DNA of 40,248 bases. It comes from Intoshia linei (Eukaryota; Animalia; Orthonectida). Below are positions 27,101 through 38,321 of the stretch, one piece after another; the stretch's first letter is position 1, and each line of letters opens with the position of its first letter. The stretch spans positions 1 through 40,248 of the forward strand of contig LWCA01000210.1 in assembly GCA_001642005.1 (NCBI GenBank), written 5' to 3'. The position numbers and the translations under genes are program-made. Under the pieces are notes generated by a model, which was not told where the DNA came from, searched no databases, and saw only the letters and a program-made list of their open reading frames with translations.

Positions 27101-28181
27101 TTATACGAACATATGTTAGAGAGACCTGTAAATTTGCTTGGAATTGTACTGTATTGGCAAACCCTTTAACTCTTTCGTTATCATCTCAATGGGAGTTATT
27201 TGATGACTACAAGTAAGTTTAAATTTATCAAAAGTAATCAACAGAGGATTTGAGTATCTTATAGTAATACAAATATATAATTACACATACGTGTGACCCT
27301 TGATTTGTGCGGTGTATATAAATCACATCTCTTCAAATTGAAATTAATTAGTTGAACTGCAATTAGTGCAGTATCACTTTAGGATTAATTAATCTCACTA
27401 ATCGAGGACAGTAGATACCGAGACCATCTTCAGAGGGGTCGACGAAATATAGGTAAATTGAGACCTTCTTTTTCCGAATTGAGTATTTAAATATAAAAAG
27501 CCAGGTTTAAATATAAAATGGGATTTTAGCATGATTCTTGGATCAATCTAAAAAGTTAATGATAGATAATCTAATATATTTTAGGCTAATTTTTCAAACC
27601 AACTAAAAATTTCATGTTTTTGAAAAAAGTATAGGTTTAACTTAAACTTAAAGTCTAAAAAAATGATTTATATTTAAAAAATAATTATAAAATTTATAAT
27701 TATATAAAAAAATAAAATGTGGTATTTTACTTAAAATATATTTACATCTAAATCAAGTCGTGTTAAAAAATTGGAAAAGGCAAGACGTTTAAAATAAAAT
27801 AAGGGACCTAAAAATATTCGAAAACTATTCCTAATGCCATCTATCCAGGGTTTTAACTTGACAGTTAAATTTAAATTTTTGAAATGTATAAATTGGTAAA
27901 ACTAGGTTCCATTTTAGAAAAATTTCGCAAAGTCCACCTTGGATTCTCGTGATGTAATTACTACCATATCTGGTAGATTCGGTTCTTATCTCCATTATTT
28001 CTATACTACAAATATTGTAGATTATACTATAAAAATTAAATTTAAATCAAGATATCGCCGATCTGTTGATTCTGAATACAGTTCACCACTAGTGCAATGT
28101 CATATATGGCCTTGCTTAATGATGGGAATGCAAAAAATTACAAAGGGCGTCGTGAAAACTGGTCATCGGGTAAATATTTGA
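24106..28181 (+). CDS. SPATA18: Mitochondria-eating protein (MIEAP), multi-exon
   Basis: N-terminus LVRKLRQWKHMYN/SNTIRDNLYQGSELFELNARLQNQIYNII, central coiled coil, and C-terminus RETCKFAWNC..WELFDDYK/YRRSVDSEYSSPLVQCHIWPCL..KGVVKT match MIEAP. Confidence 0.88.
25804..26141 (+). mobile_element. Short (338 bp) internally deleted Helitron in a SPATA18 intron
   Basis: A|TCCATAC start and CATAACAGTCAAGCTAG|T end. Internal AGCTTATTCCAGTTGATATAAATACAAA is shared with ~8944-8971. Confidence 0.72.
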
Positions 28182-28281
28182 AATGCATTTAAAACATTAT
28201 TTAGACATCACGAATAATTTAAATTGTATTTGAAATGTAAACTTATATAATCCAACATAACATAAATAGCTTAAAATTTTA

Positions 28282-30603
28282 TTAAACATTAATAAAATTA
28301 CACAATTTTTGTGTTCTTTGAAGTAAAATATCGCCATATTTGATAATTTCTTGATATTTCGAATTTTTAGAATCTGGTATACTAGTCGATATACTCCCAT
28401 TAACTTTGTCGATTTTACACTTCAATTTTCCACAAGATATGAAGCGATACAAGTCTCTTTAATTTTTAAATAAAAAAATAAATAAAACAAACCTATCCAT
28501 ATACTCTATTGTAACACCAAACCGATTAGCCATGTATTCCAGAGTAACACTTTTATAGGATTGTAAAAGTTGCATATAAGCCAATAATCTCATCTGGCGA
28601 GCATAATACTGGGAATGATTTGTCAAGTAACGATCGACTTCCAAACTTTGTTCTATAGCGGCTAAAAAAAGAAATAAAAACAATCATTACGTATGAATCA
28701 GTGCTTCCCGATTCAAATAGTGTACGGACACCATTTCAAAATATTTATTTTTTAAACACTGAACAAAACAAAATATTTATAAAAAAATTCAAGATTTATA
28801 TTATAAGATTTGGTAAAATCATGTTTTTCAAAAAAATATTAGAAAAAGAAGATTTTTACTTTGAGGGTTGGTAAAATCGTGTTTTTCAATAAATAATTAG
28901 AAAACAGGTATTTTTCCATCAGGAATAGTAAAATTAGATTTTTTATTTTAGATTCAGAAATTATCATTCGCAAAATTTGGTATAATTCAATTTTTCAAAA
29001 AAATATTGGAAAAAAAGGATATTTCCCTAGAGGGTTGGTAAAACGATGTTTTTCAATAAAATATTATAAAAAGGGGATTTTTCCATATAGGGTTAGTAAA
29101 ATTACACTTTTTATTTTGGATTCAGAAATTGTTATTCGTAAGATTTAATAAAATCGTATTTTTCATCTTAATCACATCTAAGAAAAACGAAATTTTTCGA
29201 TTAAGGGTTAGTAAAAGTAGACTTTTCATTTTGTGGTTTTATTAAGTGGATTTTTCAAAAAAATAGTCCATTTTACTCTGTGGATTTGCAATATTTTTTA
29301 TTAACAATTAACATTAATGTAAATTTTATTAATGATGCTGTAAAAATGGGATTTTTGAAATAATAATGTAGCAGTTTTCTAAGCTTTGGGATAAATTCGC
29401 AACATCTCAAACTCTGTAATAAATATTAAAAATTCTATAAAAATAAACAAAAGTTGATAAATTTTTTTATTATATTTTATTTGAATCTCATGGACCAAGG
29501 CATATAGTTTTGGACCCGAGAGGTCCAGGCCCTGGACTTTTGATTTAAACTTTCATTTAGACTTTTTATTTTTAGGATTTCAGGGACCCCGAATCTGGAA
29601 CCACTGGTATAAATAGTTACCCAATTTCAAAAAATATTCATCATATAAACAATCATAAAAAGTTTTAACAAATTCTTTAACATCAGTGAGATAATAAAGA
29701 ATTTGTTGAATTTCTGCACCTCGAATAATCTAAAACAAGAATTAAACAAAATAAATAAAATAAACCTTCGAATACAACACTGGACGTTTAAGAGAAATTA
29801 TGGAAGACAAGACACAATATCTAATAAAATCCTTGAAAGACAACAATTCAGAACAAGAAAAAGTAGCCACCGTTTCTAAAAATAAATTTGCAGCCGTTTC
29901 AAAGTCTCGTTTGCAAATGGAAAACAAGCCTTGATACACTTTTAATTTGTTTCGCCTGTCCCAATCTCCACCCTCATCGATATGTCTAAATTAAATAATT
30001 TACTTTCCGAGTACAAAGGTATTTTCAAAATAAAAATTGTTTAGCCTTTAATTAAAAAAATTACTCTTTAGCTTTAAGTAACAATGTTGATAGAGTTTTA
30101 TGATCATAATTCCAAAATGCAATTCTTAATTTGTGAAAAATGATATCAAGTCGGTATCCAAGGGTAAGAGTTTTATCACTCAATCGTTTAAATTCGTTGA
30201 TAGAATCTTCAAACATGCCAATTTGGCTCAAAAATCCAATTTTTTTCAAAATTGCATCCCGAACATCAGTTTCACACATGGTTTGCCGACACTCTTCAAT
30301 GTCAATCTCCATCTTTTTAATTTTTTCAACGTTGGATTCTTCCATTTGTTTAATCGATTTTAATGACGAGATCATGTTAAAATCTGAACAACAGTTTTCA
30401 TAAAATGGTTTCATACCTAGTTTTAAAATTAATTAAAATGTATATTTTAACCATTTTATATTTTTACCTTTTGCGATAATTTCTTCCAAAAATGCCTCCT
30501 TTTCTTCATTGGACCCAATTCTTTTGAGAGTATAAAATTGATCAACATATGGGACTTGCGGAGTATGCGTCCAATCTAATTCATCCTTCTTTTCAATTTC
30601 CAT
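28282..30603 (-). CDS. PSMD6: 26S proteasome non-ATPase regulatory subunit 6 (Rpn7), 7 exons
   Basis: MKPFYE, TLGYRLDIIF, GGDWDRRNKLKVYQG, RDFETAANLFLETVATFSCSEL, YYARQMRLLAYMQLLQSYKSVTL, LKCKIDKVNG, IKYGDILL. Confidence 0.97.
28699..29606. mobile_element. hAT MITE (908 bp) in a PSMD6 intron, carrying a ~29-bp minisatellite array
   Basis: TIRs CAGTGCTTCCCGATTC / GAATCTGGAACCACTG (14/16) with 8-bp TSD GTATGAAT / GTATAAAT (7/8). Confidence 0.85.
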
Positions 30604-30654
30604 TTTAAAATTTTCAAATGTGAATTGAATTTTAACTTTATTAATGTTAACGTA
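30604..30654. promoter_or_regulatory. 51-bp head-to-head spacer, putative bidirectional promoter of PSMD6 and MRPL40
   Basis: Divergent ATGs at 30603 (-) and 30655 (+). Confidence 0.6.
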
Positions 30655-31334
30655 ATGTTGCTCAAGTTAAATTTGCCTAAATTTTCGTGGGAATGTCTTG
30701 GATTCATTAGTACAACGAGAATAAAAATGTATATCGTCATAATAATCATAGTCACATAATTAGGGCCGAACCGATTAAAAGACGTAAAAAAATTGATGTA
30801 AATATTATGGTCAACAGAGAAAACAAAAAAAAGAAAAAATTTGAAAAAGAAATTAGAAGCATTACCAGGAGAGGCGAAATTCTAAAACCGATTTTGGAAA
30901 TGGAACCAATCAACGTAGAAAAGTAACGTTTATAGGAGTTGTAGTATTGTAAAATAAACATTTTATAGACATCGAATCAGGGAGATGGAATCAATTGATA
31001 GCCAACAGACTATAAAGAAATTTGCGGGATACCGAAAAGAGCAAATGAATGTAATTTGGAAACAACTTCAAATTTCAACCACATTACAGCAAGAAGTATT
31101 ACTGGAACTTGAAACCAACCATCCAAAATGGTACAAATCCGCCATTCAGGTAAACATTTATTATAATTATACAGGCACAAATTGTACTGTACAATTAACA
31201 TTAATTAGCCATTGAAAAATGCAGAAGAATTTGAAATTGATATAAATGGCCCAAGTGGTAATCTGGGAGTAGAAAATTATGAACCAAATGAAGGAGTTTA
31301 TGTGGATATAACACCAAATTATGATAAAATGTAA
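30655..31334 (+). CDS. MRPL40: Mitochondrial ribosomal protein L40 (mL40), 4 exons
   Basis: MAEPIKRRKKID..LKPILEM..QQEVLLELETNHPKWYKSAIQ..NGP..NYEPNEGVYVDIT match mL40. Three short GT-AG introns. Confidence 0.88.
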
Positions 31335-31383
31335 TTTAGTTGTTGCCATTTTCAGATACCTAAATAAATTGTATAATCTATTT

Positions 31384-33215
31384 TTAAATTTTTGCATTTA
31401 CAATTTGATGGCTCGGAAATGCCACTACATCGTTAGATTTTTCCACTATACCCAGATTCATATTGTTTAATTTATCCAATTCTAGCGTGTCTAGTTTAAC
31501 CATAAAATGTTCCATTTTTTCTTCAACTAAACTCAATCTTTTCAAAATTTTTTCTATGTCGGTTTCATCAGTACATTTCTAAAAGTTGATAATATTTATA
31601 ATCGAAATATAATCCTTATTTATAGCAAATAAACGTCTTTAAGAATATCGTCTATGTAATCATTTACCTAGAAGACAGTTACAGAAATCAAAAAAAATAA
31701 GAGTCCGTTTTCTAGTTTACATTAAATCAAACCATGTCAAATGAATTATTTTAGGGGCTCATAGTATCTGCTGGAATGTATTTTAGAACAGCTGACATAC
31801 TTGTTAAATCTTTCCAAGTCTAGTAAGGTTGTTATATATTTAATAAGAGAATTCGTGCCGTTAAAAAGAATCTTTCAATTTTGTGAATCTGATATACCGA
31901 AGTTAGATTAATGAGATAAAATTTTATAAAAATCGAATAGTTTATATATAAATTATTCAAAAATTTTAAAAATCAAAATTTACCAACCAGTTTAGAGAAA
32001 ATTCTAGTTTTACCAACTATTACATCAAAATAAAACAAAAAAATGTGAAACCGTTAATGTAAATGAGATAATTTGTGTAGTTTCCTGTGTGTTTGCAATC
32101 CTTTTTCAAATTTCAATAGAAAAATAAATATAAACACATAGAGCCGAACCCACGATACTGGAAGTCCTCAGAAATAAAAATTTGGCGCCTAGCCACTTCT
32201 GTACGGTTCTGAACTTTAACGCAAAATATTTGATATTCAAAAATATTTTTTTAAATGTTCAATTTAGAAAAAAGAGTTTTACAAAAATTTAGTGGATTTA
32301 TTTCATGTTTCATTTAAAAGGATGTCTACTTAAATCCAACCATTTTTACTAAAAATCAAAATTTACCAACCCTTTAGGGCAAATTCTTGTTTTACCAAAC
32401 CTTAAAAGAAAAATGAAATTAAGGTTTTAACCTTTTAGGAATGGTAAAACTGAATTTTTCCTTTTAGTGTTGGTAAAACTGGAATTTTCAATAAAAAGTA
32501 GGTAAAAGTGGGTTTTTCATTTAAGGGTTTGTGAAAATGAATTTTTCCCTTAGGGGTTTGTAAAAGTGAATTTAAGTAAAAATGGTTGGATTTAAGAATA
32601 TTCTCCATTTAAAATGTAAGACCACTGATCTACATAAAAAGATAACCTTTTTTTCAATTTCCTTTTTCTAAAAATAAAATGAAAATGTTTTTAAAGTTAT
32701 ATACTAAATCATTTTGCACTGTCAACGAGATTTTGTTTTTGTGCTTTTCTCGGTTGAGAGCAATCTTTTTAAGTCTAATTTCAGTCAACATACGATCAAT
32801 CAAAATAATCTTCTGTTCAACAAACGAGTTTGAAAAGAATTGGTTGACATTAATTGAAACTCGTACATTAAAGATGTCCCTCAATAACTGAAAATTATTA
32901 TAAAAAAATGAAATTTAAAAAAATGTACCTTGAAAGTTAATTTAACAAATTCTTCATCAGTTTTAGTCAATAAATTAACCTCATATGTATCCAAAACCCA
33001 TTTATTGAAAAAAGAACTATAATTTATCCACGCATAATGCATATATTTCAAACATTCCTTAACAGAATCATTTGAAATCATCCTTAAAATTATAATTTTT
33101 TTCAATTTAAATAATTCAATTACATGTTAAAATCAATCGGATCAGAATATTTCATTAACCGAAGCGTTTTTTGCAATTTTTGCAAATTATTTTTCAAATC
33201 GCCGTTAGTATACAT
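31384..33215 (-). CDS. CEP44: Centrosomal protein of 44 kDa; central exon structure (31670-32650) uncertain
   Basis: MYTNGDLKNNLQKLQKTLRLMKYSDPID..LLTKTDEEFVKLTFKLLRDIFN..QFFSNSFVEQKI match the CEP44 N-terminal domain. Coiled-coil last exon 31578-31384. Confidence 0.85.
32319..32606. mobile_element. Foldback-like MITE in a CEP44 intron, arms built of ~29-bp minisatellite units
   Basis: 22-bp inverted repeat CTTAAATCCAACCATTTTTACT / AGTAAAAATGGTTGGATTTAAG. Internal TTTACCAA units face TTGGTAAAA units. TTTAAA on both flanks. Confidence 0.75.
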
Positions 33216-33270
33216 TGGTTGTGAAAATTGAAAATAAAAATAAAGTTTAATACAAAATTTTTTCACAAAA

Positions 33271-36200
33271 CTAAATTTCTTCAATATGAGATAGTTGAAT
33301 TGGAATGTTGTTTGGTGATAAAGATGAATAGTTTTGTTCGTATGGCGCATCAAAGTAAATTTGAGAATAGTCATCGTTTATATTAAAATTGAGTATAGGT
33401 TTAGAATCTGAATTTTTTTGACAAAAAAATATTGACCCGATACTTTTAGCAACAGTGTCATTATTAATTTCATCACACTTTTCAATATTCTCACAAATTG
33501 TAGAAAGTTTATGTCTTGTTTCGTCATTATAATTCAACCCTTTAAAATTGTGTAGAGATATTTTTAGATATAGTTGTGAATTGACAACATCTTGGTTCAA
33601 TTGCTCGTTCTCTGAACACAATAGTAAATGATACATTTCCTTTTCTTCGTCATATATAAAAATTATTGAATCATTTTCGTATACTGTTGGGTCAAGTAAA
33701 TTGCATGCGAGATTGGTACACCCGTTCTTAATTTTATTATACCAATAAAGCTGGTGACTATATTTGGCACAAGAAAGGACAGTTTCGAATTTTTTTGTTT
33801 TACTTTTTTGGGTTTCTCCGTTCGGAATTTCATTTTGATCAATGTACAGTGAAGCCCCAGAAATATTTTTGGCGTATTGACTCAAACTAACACTATCTTT
33901 TTCGGGGTTGATCATTTCTAAACTACTGTTTAATTTTTTGTAGTCATCATAACAAATTAGGCTATTGTCGACTCGATGTAAACTGTTTATATCATAAATT
34001 TCACTAAAATCGTTATTAGAAAATTGTCCAATTGGAAATAATACTATACTGGTTCTTAAACGAGTATTTCTAAACAATGAAAACATCAAATGTGTGTGTC
34101 GTTTAAGCCATCTTTTTTTTTCATTTAAGCTTGCACCAGGATCGAGAATTCTGAGAGGAGACATTTTTTTTGTATATTTTTCTTTTGTACAAAAACAGCA
34201 CAATGGTAGTCGATTATCTGCACGGGGTCTCGTGTTTTTATTACATTGTGAACATTTAACGTATTTTGTATTTAACTTTCTATACTTATATGTCGGAGAG
34301 GTCATTTCAGTTGAAGGTTTTATATCTATCGTAGAGAGGTCTGGTTTAGCTGTTAAAATATTTTGTAATGTGGAAATTTTTTCATCAGGTGAAATTGTTT
34401 TACCCTTATGAGAGGTAAATAGTTGGGTAGTAGAAATATTCAAATTTTCTATAAAATTTGGTATAAAACCACTACATATTTTGATTGGGTTTAGCTCTGG
34501 TTGTTGCATACTTTCTTCTTCGTCTTCCGTTTCGTCTAATCGATTTTTTTGAATATAATAGATAAATTTTCTCACTTTGTACAATTTCTCTTCTAGTTTT
34601 TTTGAACGGCTGCGTTTTTTGTCATCTTTTTTAATAACTTCAACGGGTTCATCGTATTGAGTCAATAATTCACCATCAAATTCGATTTTTCGTTCTAAAA
34701 ATTTAAAATTTATCAATAACTAGATTCACTGTTATGTACTTCGTAAAGACAGCATCCTAGCTCTGCAGAGAGTGGACATTTTTATTCTACCAGAAAAATA
34801 AATTCAATAAAAAAATTTAACCTAAAAATGCTACTATTCACTATTATAAATCATTTAAAGGAGTGGTTCCAAACTTGTTACACGTGGACACGTCATATCA
34901 CATTACTTTTTAATTTAAAGTGATTTATTCAACGTTAAATTTATTTTGTTAACATTTGTGTAAAAAATTTTAAAAAAAAATTGTTATCCCATTCTTTTAA
35001 TTTATTACTTTTTGACCGTGAAGGCGTCACTTATTCAGATTAAAATTTTTTTTGAGTGTTAACAGGATACAATTGTATCATCTGTAATTTTTTTTTAAAT
35101 TCTAGGGCTGTTTTCATTTAAAAAAAAATATAGTAATATAGGGTTTGATCGTGAAAATTATTTTTTTTGAGGTTTCCATTGATGATTTTAAAAACTATCC
35201 CAATATTTATGATTAAAAAAAACTAAAATTTACTTAAATTAAAATAAATAATAAAATAAGTAAACTATTACTACTACTAAATATTATTTTTTTTACTTTT
35301 TAATTACTAAAAACTACTTAATACTACTATTAAATTTAAAATCTACTATTAATTATGTTTAAGTTTAAACTAAATTTAGGATGTTTCATTTTTAAAACAA
35401 AGGGTAATTTGGGGTTTTAACAATAAAGGTATGCATTTCTATTTTATTTTAATTCTAAAAAAATTTAAATTCTCCACCTACTGTGTAATCTAAATCAGTT
35501 TCTAAACTTTTTTTCACAGTATTACCCTGAAGAGAAAAAATACGACGATACTAAAATTATTCCAACATCACCTATTAATATAGAATAATAAGCCCATAAT
35601 GTGAACCTCTAACCCGATCCACGCACGTTCAAACTATAACGAAAACTTACTGATGGCGCTATCTATCAAGTGACCATTAATTTTTTCCTCCTTTTTAAAT
35701 TTAATCTAAAACATAAAATAAAGAAAAGCAAAAAACGACAACCTTGATGACACTTCTATTTCTATTTTTAAAATAATGTGATATCCTCTCAAAATCGGTT
35801 CCAATCATTGACAATGCCAAATAAAATTTTTCAGTTTCTAAAAATTTCGTAAAAAATTAAAAATATAATATAAAAACCTCTTTGATTCCACCTTGCAGAA
35901 TAATGCTTCTTTTTTTTAAAATAATTTTGTGATTGCGCATCTTCAAAAATGACTGGTTTAGAATTATTATCCAAATATGGATTCGGTTTATCAACAATAA
36001 GACTAATTATAAAAAAGTATAAAGTATACGTAAAACAATAAAACCTTTGCTCATCTAAAACAATGTTCCCATCATCATCAAATTTTAACTTGGGTACAGA
36101 TGAAAGGGGTTTATTTTGAGGGGTTTCAATCTGTTCACTTTGATAAATGCAATTTTTTTTATTTGGTAGTTGTGTTTCAGTTTCTTTTTCAGTGCGCATG

Positions 36201-36970
36201 GGATTATCAATAGGATATTGATAAATCAAATCTTTTATAGTTGTTTTATCAAATCTGATTGGTTCTTTCAGTGCAACTTCAGTCATTTTACGCTTACGAG
36301 TATTCTAATAATATGAAAAAATGAATATGAAAAAGATTAAAAATACCTTTACTACAATTTTTTCAGTTTCAGATCCTAAAATTAAAAATAAAAATTATAG
36401 AAAATTTATAAATACCTGAATCAAAAGAAGAATTAATTTCTTTATCTAAATTAAAAAATTATATAAACAGCGTAAAAAAGTCTAACCTAAATTTTTGTCA
36501 TTTATTTCTAAAGTAGCAATATTCTTAATTGAATTAAGCGGTATTGACTTTGCTTCGGAAAAAACAGTTGATAAATTATTTAAACCAGATTCAATAATTT
36601 TAATTTCTTTTTTTGATTTTTCAATTGATTTCAACTGATTTATATCAGGTATTACCAGAGTGTCAATAGCCATATAGTTAGGTGATTTGGACATGTCTGA
36701 TTTATTAGATTGTAAATCTGAAGAATTATTATATCCGACAAGGTTAAATTTATCAACCGATTTAAGATTATTCGTATGAGCCTCAGAAATTGATTCTAAT
36801 GTCACATTTCCATTATTCATTTTTAGAATATGCTTTGGAGATTTTGTATCATTTTCATTTTCTTTGCCCACTACATTATCTAATTTTTTATTTAATTTTT
36901 TATTTTCTTTTTCTTTGGTAGTATTCTTTATTCGTATTACTGGTTTTAGTCTAAAATTTCTTCGATTCAT
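33271..36970 (-). CDS. BDP1: TFIIIB subunit B'' (BDP1) with SANT/Myb domain and a long last exon (34694-33271)
   Basis: N-terminus MNRRNFRLKPVIR, TTIKDLIYQYPIDNPM, VPKLKFDDDGNIVLDEQ, and SANT RWNQRETENFYLALSMIGTDFERISHYFKNRNRSVIKIKFKKEEKINGHLIDSAI. Phase-1 intron 35650-34695 joins to KRKIEFD. Confidence 0.88.
34721..35180 (-). mobile_element. Helitron 3' part in a BDP1 intron
   Basis: Minus strand GCAGAGCTAGGATGCTGTCTTTACGAAGTACATAACAGTGAATCTAG|T end, plus the ACAGCCCTAGAATTT and AATAAGTGACGCCTTCACGGTCAAAAA segments shared with 8739-8840. Confidence 0.78.
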
Positions 36971-37249
36971 ATTATATCTAATTATATAAATATCAAAAAT
37001 GATAACTTTATTTTAAAATTGTTATTTACATTTCCATTGTGAAATTCACAATATAAAATTGTACAGTACAATTTGTAGTACAAATTTTGTACTCAAATTA
37101 ATCCAGTCGAATAAAGTTTAAATCAAATAAATAAATTTAACATTTTCGATGCATTTTAAATTAAAATGAACTTACTATTTACATGTTTTTTAAAGTATAT
37201 TTTTAAACACAAGAAAATTTACAAAATTAGTCAATTTCAGATTTATCTC

Positions 37250-37360
37250 TGTAATGTAAAAAACGTCTTTTGAATATTTAATCAACAAAAATTATAAAAA
37301 CAAGTCGGACAATAAATATATCTTCTCTTTTTCTCCATCTCCTAGCGTCTATGCGCTACA
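37250..37360 (-). repeat. Putative 3' LTR (111 bp), preceded by a polypurine tract at 37370-37361
   Basis: Minus strand GAAGGGGAAG|TGTAGCG...ATTAAA...ACATTACA, with TGTA/TACA terminal inverted repeats. No partner LTR seen in the window. Confidence 0.65.
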
Positions 37361-38005
37361 CTTCCCCTTCAGATCGTCGGCATATTGACGCGTAGTGTCC
37401 CGGTAACCCACACTTGAAACAGCGTTGTAATTCGTTCTTTTGGATGTACGGTCTATCATTCCGTGTCATGATATGTGAGCGCATCATAGCCGTAGCTATG
37501 TCGATATTGTTATCGTTTTCAAAACGTATTTTGTCTATAACTTCCAGGGGGAGTCGCCTTAATAGTTCTTGATAGACAATAATTTCGGCCGAGTCTCTGC
37601 TAACTTTGTCGTCCAGCTTCATAAGGTTTTCTACCATTGTCTTGTAAGACTGTCGTACGTTGTTGGCGTTTATTACTTGCGACCTATATCTGTCGTAACA
37701 AAGCTTTAACATATCAATTCGGTCTCCTTCATTTAACAAAGTCTTTCGCTTTGCGTAATGTCGTAACATTTGGAAATTATACCCGTCTTGAACATTTTTC
37801 GGTCATAACCGTTCAGAACCAAATATAATAACTTAATGAATACCTCTTCGTCTAAGGCACCCATATCTGGCAAGATTTCGGCTGATTCTATAATCTGACG
37901 TAGACCACCTTCTTTATACTGGCTCTGCAGAAACATTAATTGATCCATAGATTCACCACTTGTATCATTTTTAAACAGACTTGTTAAGTTTAAATCGTTA
38001 TTCAT
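37356..38005 (-). pseudogene. Gag-like ORF with C-terminal CCHC zinc knuckle, one frameshift near 37770
   Basis: MNNDLNLTSLF...[frameshift]...YQELLRRLPLEV...RCFKCGLPGHYASICRR (CX2CX4HX4C). The stop codon lies inside the LTR. Confidence 0.75.
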
Positions 38006-38321
38006 GATAATAAACATGTGTATATAAAATATTTCCCGAGAAAAATTTTTTTTCAATGTCAGTTTATTGGACATTAAATGTTTTACTGTCGTAACAACAA
38101 AATCCAATATGGCTATTGAATAATATTTGAACAAAATATTGTCACGGATAACTAAACATAACACAATTTAGATAGATCGTAATCTCACAAGTAATATTTG
38201 ACTTGTCAATATCTAATAAAATCTTTGTATCTATCTGAGGTCTTTTTCTCTCTAATACTTTTCTTTTCTCTCTCGTTTCTTTCATGTATCGTTTGCGAAG
38301 CCATAGCTATATCTGCAAGAC

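Noticed and set aside
28800-29270. Repeat array as a CRISPR
   Set aside because: Degenerate units without unique spacers, no cas genes, and located in a eukaryotic intron inside a MITE.
35470-35520. Exon-like GNTVKKSLETDLDYT in the BDP1 intron
   Set aside because: Phase 0 does not fit the phase-1 donor at 35650, and direct splicing to 34694 gives the BDP1-like continuation.
38010-38320. Spacer between PHD and gag as a shared LTR of tandem elements
   Set aside because: No PPT-TG start, no TACA-TGG PBS junction, and only weak GA-rich resemblance to 37250-37360.
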